The notes beneath the pieces were generated by a model. The model saw only the letters and a list, made by a program, of their open reading frames with translations, was not told the origin of the DNA and made no database searches. A stretch of DNA of 64,000 nucleotides, from positions 930,001 to 994,000 of the forward strand of contig NW_024704753.1 of NCBI RefSeq assembly GCF_018977255.1. Reading direction: 5' to 3'. Positions 45,701 through 55,627 of the stretch are shown here, in pieces; the stretch's first letter is position 1, and every line of letters starts with the position of its first letter. The position numbers were made by a program, and so were the translations under genes. Source of the DNA: Callorhinchus milii. Taxonomy: Eukaryota.

Positions 45701-48700
45701 TTGTTCTTTTGGTCCATTTGTGATTTGCCTGAGGAGCAGCTTTCTATAGTAAGTACTAGTTAGTTATACAATAAGATTTGCATTTATATAGCACCTTCAC
45801 ATTGGCCTGACGTCTCAAAGCACTCAAAGTTCATATCATTTAACTCTTGTTTTTGATCGAGTTGTTGATTGAGCTTGCGAGTCAGATGGGAGGATAACAG
45901 ACCTGTTTCCCCCGGTTTCCAGGCCAAAAATCCTCTTGACAAATTGGTCCTTCACTTCATGACTGGAAGTATGCACATATTGGCTGCCGTCACTACACTT
46001 GTCGGCAAGTACCGGTGAAGTGTTATAGGGACAGTTTCGAATTCAAAGATTATTATTGTTATTGTGGCTTGCTGGTTGAGCATCAGATCCAATAGCAAAT
46101 GATTTGGGGGTTCCTAAAAAAATGTTCTTATAAAAGGAAAGCAATAGTCAATTCACTTTACAGTGTGTTCTGTGAAGCGCTTTGGGACGTCCTCCCGACG
46201 TGAAAAGCGCTATATCAAATGCAAGGATTATTATTATTATTATTATAAGGGATGCTAACAGGTTTTCCCTGGAACTGGAGTAATTCTGAGACTCAGTTCA
46301 GCTCCTGGTTAGCACTAGGAGTTGCTAACCAGAAACCTGTCAGACATAATGTTTAACATGCAAATCTCATGGCTTTCCATGGTATTCAGGAAGGTAAGGG
46401 TTAGTAGGAATTTAGCAACATTGCGTTTCCCAACTTTTACTTCCAGCAAATGAATGGAAAATATCTTATTGCTGCCAAACATCTGCCGGCCAGCTGTGAG
46501 CGCTCTGAGACTCGAGTTATGTGGTCGGGTCTGCTCTTAAAGAGTGACGCAGCCTGAAGCACTGAAGGCTGACTCTGGCACATCTGGCCAGCAACAGCCT
46601 GACTCCGAGTGACAGTTAATCAATGAATACTACTATACAGAAGAGCTCATTTTATGAGGGATGTATATGGCAAAACAGAATCAGCGACTGATGTATAAAG
46701 CTGTGGATCTAATCGTTCACAAACATCCTCAATGGATGAGTGTAGAAATCCCGTTGAGAGCAGCACTTTGTGACATAGCTACAGGAAGCCGTGTGGCCTC
46801 ACGTCCTGCAAGGACTCGCTCCATCGTGCCGTTCAAATTACAAGCTTGTCATTGAGCGGTGATGCCATGGGGCAGTGATGCCATAGGGCGTTGATGCCAT
46901 GGGGCAGTGATGCCATGGGGCAGTGATGCCATAGGGCGTTGATGCCATAGGCCGGTGATGCCACGGGGCAGTGATGCCATGGGGCAGTGATGCCATGGGG
47001 CAGTGATGCCATGGGGCAGTGATGCCATAGGGCGGTGATGCCATGGGGCAGTGATGCCATAGAACGGTGATGCCATGTGGCAGTGATGCCATAGGCCGGT
47101 GATGCCATGGGGCAGTGATGCCATGGGGCAGTGATGCCATAGGGCAGTGATGTCACAGGGCGATGGTGTCATAGGCTGATAGTGTCATAGGGCGGTGATG
47201 CCATGAATGTATGATGTCGTGAATGTATGGTGTCATTGACTATGATGTCACCGCACTCTGATGTCATAGCACACGCATTCTACGGGGCCGCCGTGTGCCA
47301 GGACTGCTGCCGCGCGGTGGTGATGTCACGGGTCCGTGATGTCACTGATGCCTGTGATGTCATGGGGCTGTGACATCATGGGGTGGTGATGTCACGGAGC
47401 CGGTGACATTACGTCAGTATCTCAGTTCAGTTCCATCAGTTGCAGCGGAGGGGTGCGTCCCCCAGGGAGAGTGCACACACGGAGGGGTGCGTCCCCCAGG
47501 GAGAGTGCACACACGGAGGGGTGCGTCCCCCAGGGAGAGTGCACACACGGAGGGGTGCGTCCCCCAGGGAGAGTGCACACACGGAGGGGTGCGTCCCCCA
47601 GGGAGAGTGCACACACGGAGGGGTGCGTCCCCCAGGGAGAGTGCACACACGGAGGGGTGCGTCCCCCAGGGAGAGTGCACACACGGAGGGGTGCGTCCCC
47701 CAGGGAGAGTGCACACACGGAGGGGTGCGTCCCCCAGGGAGAGTGCACACACGGAGGGGTGCGTCCCCCAGGGAGAGTGTGCACACACGGAGGGGTGCGT
47801 CCCCCAGGGAGAGTGTGCACACACGGAGGGGTGCGTCCCCCAGGGAGAGTGTGCACACACGGAGGGGTGCGTCCCCCAGGGAGAGCGTGCACACACACGG
47901 CCTTCCAGACGGCACATTTCCACGTAGATGTGTCGCGCACCAATGGAAATACGAAGTATGGGTTTCTGCCTGTGGGGGCTGACCAACAAAATTGGGTCAG
48001 TTGTACTGCGGCCAGTGCAATTTGAGTCAAGTCTCCTCCTCCAGGTTCCTTGCGGGTTCCTCTACCTCAAAACACAGCTAACTACTTAACCAATGCAACT
48101 GAGCTGTGCAGCTGGTGTTTCCAGTCCAGCTTCCAACGTGTCATTTGTTTCACAAGCTTTTGAAGTTCAACCAACCTGTCATTCTCACCAATCAGATTTG
48201 GAGGTGTAGCAAATCCCATGAAAACAAGGTGCTCAGAGGGCGCACACACACACCGAGTCACTGAAAGGAGATTCACATCAATGGTAATTGGGTAGCGGCA
48301 AGTGAATCAAAATCAGCACCAACAAACTGGGTTATTATTGTACTGATGGCGAGAGGGACTTTTCTAATATTTCACACCTATTTTATTTATAACACTGGAT
48401 TGTTGGAATTGTGAAAAATTGAGGAATATTTTAGCAGCTTTTTATATAGGATGTGAACAGCCTGTTAATGTGTGGTCACGTGTGCAAATCCGAGGCACAA
48501 ATCAACCTGTTTCTTCAATAAACTCAAAAAGTGGGTCAAGTCACCAGCCAAGAATTGTTTCCAATGTCAGGTTGGAAAATATACAGACAGATGCACAGCC
48601 CAGACTGGAGGGAGGGATGGATGTGTAGGGAATTAACTGAGTCTAAGATGTGGCAACACAAACTGGAATCGCTCTTATTCAGGCTTCGGCTTTTGTGACT

Positions 48701-50225
48701 TAACACAATTACAAATAGATTGTCATTGCTAACTCTAGTTCTTCGGCAGCCAAGAAAAGGGATTAGAGTAGAGCTTCGGTGATGGACTGTAAGTTACAGT
48801 TTGGTTTGAGTCTCTAGCTAACCTAAATTTTAAAAAAACCTGCCCATTCCCTCCGCTTGGTGGGCACTGGCCTGCCCGTCCCACCATCAGCAGCGGGGCC
48901 TTCAGTTTTCCTGCCCCCACCCTCTGGAACTCCATCCATTCCTCAGCCCACAAATTACAGTCTACAACTTTACAATATATCCTGTGAAGCGCTTTGAGAC
49001 GTCTCGAAGATGTGATAAGACACTTTATCAAATGCAAGTTAAAGTTTGGGGTTATACTTACAAAGAGGACAAGTTGGGCCGGATGGGCTGTGACTGGCAG
49101 GATGCCCCAGCAGAGTGACCTACCTGTAGTAGCGCAGTTGGCACTGCAGTTGGAGCACACTCCTCTGTAAGGATGGCACCTCCTTGGCTTGGCTTTCCAA
49201 CTCCTTCACCTTCTGGAAGCTTCTGAGCACAGCCTGGCGTGCCTTGCCCACCCTCTGCCTGGTGTCCAGCTGCTCCCTCTCCAGCCTCCTGTTACTCTCC
49301 TCCAGGGTCAGGAGAGCCTCCTCAGACCTTCTCAGCTCCCTCTCCATCTCCTGGCTCAACCTCAGGGCCTCCTGCATACGCCCTTCCTTGAGGAGCTTGG
49401 CTGAGGAGCCCGTTGGGTTCAGTTGTGGGACATCAGATGCCACCCGAGCCGGGGTGTCTGTGTGTGGGTCCTGGTCGGGAACTTGGCGGCTCTTGCACAG
49501 TCCAACTTGGAGGGCGAGAGCCCGGGCATCGCTGCTCTGCAGAGCCGCCCTGAGCTCCTCCACCAGTTGCCTGAGGCTGGCGTTCTCCAACTCCAACTTG
49601 GCCACTTTGTCCTCGGCCGCCTCCAAAGCTACGATGTCCTCGTAACACTCCCTACTGCACGGCTCATACCGCCTGGGGGGCGGGCTGGATGGGCTGGAGC
49701 CCCCGCCGACCTGCTGACCCACTCCCGGCCCGGCTGGAGCCGGAGAGCGCCCCAGAGCGCCTCTCCTCCCCGTGAGCGGACCCCGCAAGCGGATCTGGGT
49801 CTCAATCAGCTCGGAGTCGCTGCCCACCAGGAGGCGGCCGGTGTGGTATTGGCATCCGGCTTTGGTGCTGAAGTAGCCGCAGAGTTTGGCGTGGAATTGC
49901 TTGAAGCTGAGCCGATCCGGGAGAGCCTCCAACAGCCCCACCGCCTCCTCCTCGCCCTGAGAGCCGGGCTCCAGCGCCAGGACTCGGCACAGGGCTCTCA
50001 GGTCCGCCGAGGAGATGGTGCCTTGACCCCGCAGGTCCAGGTGATGGAAGATCTCCTGCAGGTACTGGTCCAACCCCGTGGCCAACACGATGATCTCGTT
50101 CTCCACACCCCGGTCCAAGCCGTAATGATAAGCCAAGGCACTGACCACCCACTCTGTCCGCCTGGCCGGGCAGGGGCTGGGGCAGGGGCTGGGGCTGGGG
50201 CTGGGGCTGGGTCTGCCCGCTGCAT
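35053..50225 (-). CDS. EFCC1: EF-hand and coiled-coil domain-containing protein 1 (CCDC48), 7 exons (gene span)
   Basis: complement join(50225-49124,39038-38890,38426-38291,37577-37412,37050-36892,36122-36053,35186-35053). Hallmarks: [77 protein letters not shown]. Needs +1 nt at about 50210 to join the ATG to the conserved frame. Confidence 0.93.
36053..36122 (-). CDS. EFCC1: EFCC1 exon 6
   Basis: [23 protein letters not shown]. Confidence 0.9.
36455..36800 (-). mobile_element. tRNA-derived SINE, near full length
   Basis: Reverse complement of the consensus. Confidence 0.88.
36892..37050 (-). CDS. EFCC1: EFCC1 exon 5
   Basis: [12 protein letters not shown]...[28 protein letters not shown]; the acceptor is weak (gggaag). 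Confidence 0.88.
37412..37577 (-). CDS. EFCC1: EFCC1 exon 4
   Basis: [14 protein letters not shown]...MATDMEQ. Confidence 0.9.
38005..38240 (+). mobile_element. Deu-domain SINE (SacSINE1-like) fragment; related pieces at about 5790-5950(-), 20950-21130(-), 30880-31125(-), 36195-36450(+) and 53190-53350(-)
   Basis: GGCGCCATCTTTGGGATGAGACGTTGAACCGAG... matches the remembered Deu core GGATGAGACGTTAAACCGAGG. Confidence 0.7.
38291..38426 (-). CDS. EFCC1: EFCC1 exon 3
   Basis: [22 protein letters not shown]...[10 protein letters not shown]. Confidence 0.92.
38890..39038 (-). CDS. EFCC1: EFCC1 exon 2
   Basis: [11 protein letters not shown]...EIPVYS; tttcag|...|gtaagc, phases 2/1 fit. Confidence 0.82.
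40815..41120 (+). mobile_element. tRNA-derived SINE
   Basis: Degenerate head plus body. Confidence 0.87.
42112..42295. repeat. About three tandem copies of a ~70-nt CR1-3'UTR-like unit
   Basis: catcgtgtctgtgctggtgctcgctcccccactagagctctctaccctaaccccattccctgctgtctcct repeated. Confidence 0.88.
42690..43075 (+). mobile_element. tRNA-derived SINE, full length
   Basis: Head, body and (ATT)n tail. Confidence 0.88.
46856..47205. repeat. 16-nt minisatellite GTGATGCCATGGGGCA, about 20 copies
   Basis: Strict 16-nt period with point variants, decaying toward 47410. Confidence 0.93.
47447..47898. repeat. 34/36-nt minisatellite GGAGGGGTGCGTCCCCCAGGGAGAGTGCACACAC, 13 copies
   Basis: Nine identical 34-mers followed by four 36-mers. 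Confidence 0.95.
49124..50225 (-). CDS. EFCC1: EFCC1 exon 1
   Basis: EF-hand-like N-terminal region and coiled coil, ending LRYY(R)|gtaggt; ATG at 50225 is out of frame by 1 nt. Confidence 0.92.
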
Positions 50226-51372
50226 CCTCTCTCCTCTCCTCTCTTCTACTCTCCCCTTCTCTCCTCTCTCCTTTCCCCCCAGTACCCCCTTCCTCTCTCC
50301 CCTCTTCTTCTGCTCTCTTTTCCTCTCCCCACCCTCTCTCCCCTCTTCTCTCTTCTTCTACTCCTCTCTTCTTCTCTCCTCCCTCCTTCCCCCCCACCCC
50401 CTCTTCTCTTCTTCTCTCCTCTTTCCTTTCCCCCCACCCCCTCCTCTCCTCTCTCCTTCCCCCACCCCCTCCTCTCCTCTCTCCTTCCCCCCACCCCCTC
50501 CTCTCTTCTCTCTCCTCCTCCCCTCACTCACTCACTCACTCACTCATTCCCCACAACCAGTGCTCGACTCCCAGACTCACTGTTGATGCTCCACTTGTTA
50601 ATATGTTTTCCTTCTTTGGGAAAAAGAAACGCATCCCTCCCTCTCTCCTCCTCCTCCTCTCTCTCTCTCTCTCCACTGCCTCGCTCCCTCTTTTTCTCTC
50701 CTCCCTCTGGGTGTCTTTCTCTCTCTGTGTATCTCCCTCCCACTCTCTCCCTCCTTTCCCCTCTTTCTTTTTCCCCTTTTCTCTCCTCTCTGTCTATCTC
50801 TTTCTCCCCGTCTGTCTCTTTCCATCCATTATTTCTCTACCCCCTCTCTTTCACACCCTCTCTCTCTGGCTGTCTATCTCTTTTTTCTCTGTCTGTCTGT
50901 CTTCCCCCCTCTATCTCTCTCTGTCCCCCGGGGAGGGGGGAAATTGCACAGAGCCCACGGGAACTGCCAGAGGGTCGTGAAAATACACACAAAGTACACG
51001 TGGGCGTGACGGCGGCAACAGGACCACAAAATACTTCAAGATGTCAGATTCAGAGGGAGAGGGAGAGAGAGGAATGGGGGGGGGGGGGGGGGGGGAGAAG
51101 GAGAAAAAAAGGGGAAGGGAGAGAGAGAAAGAGAGGGGAAGGGGTGAGAGAGAGAGATAGAGGAGACAGAGGGAGAAAAAGAAAGACGGGAAGAGAGATG
51201 GAGGAAGGGAGAGGGTAAAAGAGGAGAGAAAGGGGGAAAGAGAGAGAGATAGAGAGGAGAAATAGGGGAAGGGAGGAAGAGAGAGAGATAGAGAGGAGAA
51301 ATAGGGGAAGGGAGGAAGAGAGAGAGATAGAGAGGAGAAATAGGGGAAGGGGGGAAGAGATAGGGGGAGAGA
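50226..51372. repeat. Long polypyrimidine tracts (50226-50925) then polypurine tracts (51051-51372, including ~3 copies of a 38-nt unit) at the EFCC1 5' end
   Basis: CT-only then GA-only composition. Confidence 0.88.
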
Positions 51373-51456
51373 GACTCGCATTTTGTTCAGTAAAACTTTT
51401 GGGCACAGTTTCATTGGGAATCTGCCAGTGAGATCCTGAACAATCCGCGTCCAGGA

Positions 51457-51487
<31 letters not shown>

Positions 51488-51797
51488 GCCCCTCTCTCCC
51501 TCTCTGTGTCTGTCTCTCTTATTTACCCGCAAATCAACCTTATTTTCACGCATAATACTCATCTCGGCGCACTGTTTTCTTTGGAAGAACGTCCCCAGTT
51601 TGTTCCTTTGCTGTCACTACCCACCCACCCCCTCACCCCCCCCCCACCCACCCCCTCACCCCCTCACCCCCCACCCACCCCCTCACCCCCCACCCACTGA
51701 TGGGCAGACGCCAGGCAATCGTCTGGGGGGCGATTATATTGTACTTGATTTGACATTTTACAGAGTTGATTTGATTTGGGGAGTTACGAGAGAGAGA

Positions 51798-52615
51798 GTG
51801 GGTGTGGGTGGTGGGGGGGAGTGGTGGTGGGGGGGGGTGGGGGATGGGGGTAAGTGTGGTGATGGGGGTTGGGGGGTGGGGGTGGGGGGGTGGCGTGTGG
51901 TGATGGGGGATGGGGGATGGGGGGGTGGGGGGGTAAGTGTGGTGATGGGGGGTTGGCGTGTGGTGATGGGGGGGTGGGTGGGGTGGGGGTAAGTGTGTGT
52001 GTGATGGGGTTTGGGGGGTGGGGTGGGGGGTGGCGTGTGGTGATGGGGGGTGGTGGGTGGGGGTGGTGGGTGGGGAGGTGGCGTGTGGTGATGGGGGTGG
52101 GGGGTGGGGGGTGGCGTGTGGTGATGGGGTGGGGGACGGGGGGGGTGGGTGGGGGGTAAGTGTGTGTGTGATGCGGGTTGGGGGTGGGGGTGGGGGGTGG
52201 CGTGTGGTGATGGGGGGTGATGGGGGTGGGGTGGGGGGTAAGTGTGTGTGTGATGGGGGTTGGGGGGGGGGGGTGGGGGGGGTGGGGGGTAAGTGTGTGT
52301 GTGATGGTGGGGGGTGGGGATGGGGGGGTGGTGTGTGGTGGGGGGGGGTGATGGGGGGGGGTGGGGGGTAAGTGTGTGTGTGATGGGGGTGGGGATGGTG
52401 GGGGTGGGGATGGGGGGGTGGTGTGTGGTGGGGGGGGGTGATGGGGGGGGGTGGGGGGTAAGTGTGTGTGTGATGGGGGTGGGGATGGTGGGGGGTGGGG
52501 ATGGGGGGGTGGTGTGTGGTGGGGGGGGTGATGGGGGGGTGGGGGGTAAGTGTGTGTGTGATGGGGGTTGGGGGGTGGGGGTGGGGGGGGTGGGGGGTAA
52601 GTGTGTGTGTGATGG
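51798..52615. repeat. G/T-rich compound minisatellite
   Basis: Units ggggtaagtgtgtgtgtgatggggg and gtggcgtgtggtgatgggg. Confidence 0.9.
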
Positions 52616-54261
52616 GCACTCCGCTCTCACTGTGTGAGCACTTGTCCATCTGTTGCGTCACAGGCTGTGCTGTGCTGTACAGATGCTCTCCCACACCAAG
52701 TGCAGATGTGCAGATAGACATCCGGAGAGGCACCGAGACCACCGGTGGGGGGGAAGGTACTCCCGGGGGCCCCGAGTCGGTCCATCCAGCGCCTGGAATC
52801 CACCCACCGTGATCGGCCTTCACAGAGAGAGACAGAGAGAGAGAGAGAGGTAAACCCCGCACCGCCCGACTTGTGGGGAAGGAAGGCAATTCCTCGTTTC
52901 TGTGCCTTTTTTCCCCCCCAATTGGAAGCCTTTCCCCCGCAGTTCCAGCAAAGTGTAGTAACTGTAATGTACAATAATAACAATGATAATAATAATCCTT
53001 GCATTTGATTTGATACGGCACCTCATCACGTCTTCAAGACGTCTCAAAGCGCTTCACGGAACGTACCGTGAAGTGAACTGACTGTATATTTTGTGGGGTG
53101 CGAAACCGTGTATTTTGTAGGGAAGCGAGGCAGCCATTTGCAAACAGCAACAACCCTGTCCACCCCCCCACCACCCCCAACCCCACCCCACCCCACCCCA
53201 CCCTTCAAGCACAAATGAACGGAACAACCTGTTTTTTTATTTGGGGGATTGTTGGCCAGGACACCAGGAGAGACGAACTCCCTACTCGTTTCGATTAACG
53301 CCACGGGAGCTTCTACCTCCGCCCGAACGAGGCTTTTTTTCTGGCCATCGAGTGATTTTTTTTTTTTAAAAAGAAATCTTTTCACAGACTCCACGGCGCT
53401 GATTCCCACAGTACAGTCCGGTTCATTTGATGTGCGCTAGTAATCCCCTTTTCTTAGCAGGACCTCCAAAACAGAATGGATTTCGATTAAAAAAAATGTT
53501 ACGTGTGCCAATTTCACAGCCAACCGTAAGGATGGAAAGATAATGCGATTATTTGACTATTGTTTTGTTGTTAAACTTAATTTAAAAAATATATTAGTTT
53601 ATTCTGAATGAGCAGTGGCTGAGGCCGATGGGTTTGAATCAGAACCATACAGAGAATTCTCTGCACCTGTCCCTCCCTCAGCTCCGCTTGTGCTTATTGT
53701 AAGTGCGTGCAAAGCCAAACCTTTCAACTGCCCCCTCTGTGGCCCCACTTCTCAAAAATATAACAACCGTCTGCAGTTCTCCCCCCCCCGTCTGCAGTTC
53801 TCTCCCCCCACCCCCCCTGCAACCGTGAGGTTGTTTCCACGATCAATTGCTTTGGAACTCTCTCCCCCAATCACTCCGCCGTGCCCCCTCCTCCTCTTTT
53901 AGATCATGACTGAAAACCTTCCTCTTCAACCGTGCTTATGGTCACCTCCCTCCCTCCCTCCCTCCCTCTGGCTCGGCGTCAGGCTCCACCATCGTTAAGC
54001 ACTCTGGGGCACTATATAAGTGCAAGTTGTTGTTGAATTCGTCCATTGAGTGGGTTCCATAGCAATTGCAAGCTTTGAAACTGATTATAAACAAGTTGCA
54101 GCAATATACAGATCTATCATTTTTTCTGATGGTGATAGTTTTCCTGCACTAATTACGAACCTCGTCGTGAAGCCAATATTACTGACTGCACGTGGCACTT
54201 TCATCCCACTGAAGTTCCACCAAGTCTTATAATCTGTCAGGGCATTTGTCCTTCGATTTAA

Positions 54262-54662
54262 TTTTTTTTGGTCAGGCGGGTGTCTGACACAACTGGAAAC
54301 CCATCACCATGCTTAAGAGTGTCCAAACCAATCTGAGCATTCCAGGCATCCCACCTACACATGGAAATCCCAGAGATAGGTTGTTGGAATGGAATACGCA
54401 TTCTCTCTCTGGAGGGTCCTATCCTGCTTACCTAATTCTGGAAAGCATTAGGCACCGGTTGCCGAGAGCTGAGGCTTGGGGAGCCCAGAGTGTGCATTGG
54501 GGTAACTACTGGAGTCTAACCACCTAACACCGCGTAGCTTGCCGTTGATATCACTGCCTGGCCAAGCATTCCTGCTGCTTGTCCAGCCAGGACCACCCTA
54601 CCTGTTAGGGCTTTGGCTTACAGGTTTAACGGGAGTTGAGTGGGAGGATTCCCTGTCCCTCC
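54262..54662 (-). mobile_element. Unclassified ~400-nt dispersed repeat (copies at 35642-36025(-), 59075-59240(-), 7186-7288(+), 24305-24385(+), 16092-16133(+) and 28598-28660(+))
   Basis: Direct sequence similarity between copies; shared 5' boundary, 3' hairpin and A-rich tail. Confidence 0.8.
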
Positions 54663-55049
54663 TCGAATTCAATATGGCGCAGAATTGCAGAAAATTCTTA
54701 AACTCAGTCTGCGTTTCGAAGTCTTGAAGATGCTGCTGTGTGTGCCATCGGCTGCCGCGTTTCGCCCACAAAATACGCAGTCACTGCACTTTGCAGTGTA
54801 TCCTGTGAAGCGCTTTGAGACGTCCCGAAGACGCGATGAAATGCACGGATTACTATAATTATTTCCCGTGCCTTGTACTGTACAATGTTGTTGTGAGGCA
54901 CACGGTTATCCGTATGAATAATCATCATCCTTGCATTTCACATATTACTATTATTATTAAAATATTATTAGCCATAAAAAGCCGAACTTGAGCTGATGGT
55001 GTGGGTCCCACCCACACCGGAAAGTAGTTCCCAGCACCGACTACTTCCT

Positions 55050-55330
55050 TAGTTACGTTGTTAGCAACACTTCTGAATCCATCCGCGCGCACAGCCACCC
55101 ATACAAAGTGAACAGAAGCAGAAGTCAGCACCAAAAAAAAAAAACAGGTCAAAACCTCGGGGACGATTAGAGACGACCCTCCCCCACCCCCCTCCCCCCT
55201 CCCGGCCCAGACCCGACTGGGGTTCTGGTACTCGTTGAGCGCTTTTAAAGTGACGCACTCTTTAAGGGCGGCGGATGGATCGGCCGGCTGAGCTGGCGCG
55301 CCGCGGCTTGTTACCTGCCGGTGGAAAAGT
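55050..55330 (+). promoter_or_regulatory. CpG-rich CFAP92 promoter region with an RFX X-box-like site
   Basis: GTTGTTAGCAAC at about 55057-55068, TGACGCA at about 55251, CpG cluster 55200-55320. Confidence 0.45.
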
Positions 55331-55591
55331 TAGTTGAGAAAAGTTTGTGGTGGGGGGGGGTGGGGGAAAAAGAGTCGAATTGCGTTTATTTAAGTTAAAG
55401 TTGGACGACGATTGGAGTTTAAACACAGAGAATAACAGTTACTCTCTCTCTCGCTCTCACGCTCCTTTCACCTGTTCGTTTAATTTATCAAACTTGGCGT
55501 TTCCGTTGGCAAATCCCCTTCGCTGACCTGCCCCCAGTGTCCGCAAAATACGCTCTTACTATTCGCTCAGGTCCTCACAATCTTGAGCAGG

Positions 55592-55627
55592 ATGGACGAT
55601 TCACAACTGCTGGATAGATCAGATGAT
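55592..55627 (+). CDS. CFAP92: CFAP92 first coding exon
   Basis: aggATGG: [12 protein letters not shown]|gtaagc, phase 0 fits the next exon. Confidence 0.6.

Noticed and set aside
46833-48030. CRISPR-like array or repeat-protein ORFs
   Set aside because: Units are head-to-tail with no unique spacers, there are no cas genes, and this is a vertebrate intron; ORFs in all frames reflect the repeat.
50226-50397. Glu/Arg/Gly-rich N-terminal extension of EFCC1 in the ORF track
   Set aside because: It starts at GTG in a purine tract; the ATG at 50225 plus a 1-nt indel explains the conserved start better.
49184-50586. Plus-strand ORFs of 153 and 387 aa
   Set aside because: Antisense shadows of EFCC1 exon 1 and the CT tract.
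51633-53021. 462-aa Pro/His/Thr-rich ORF
   Set aside because: It begins in a SINE tail and is mostly G/T minisatellite.
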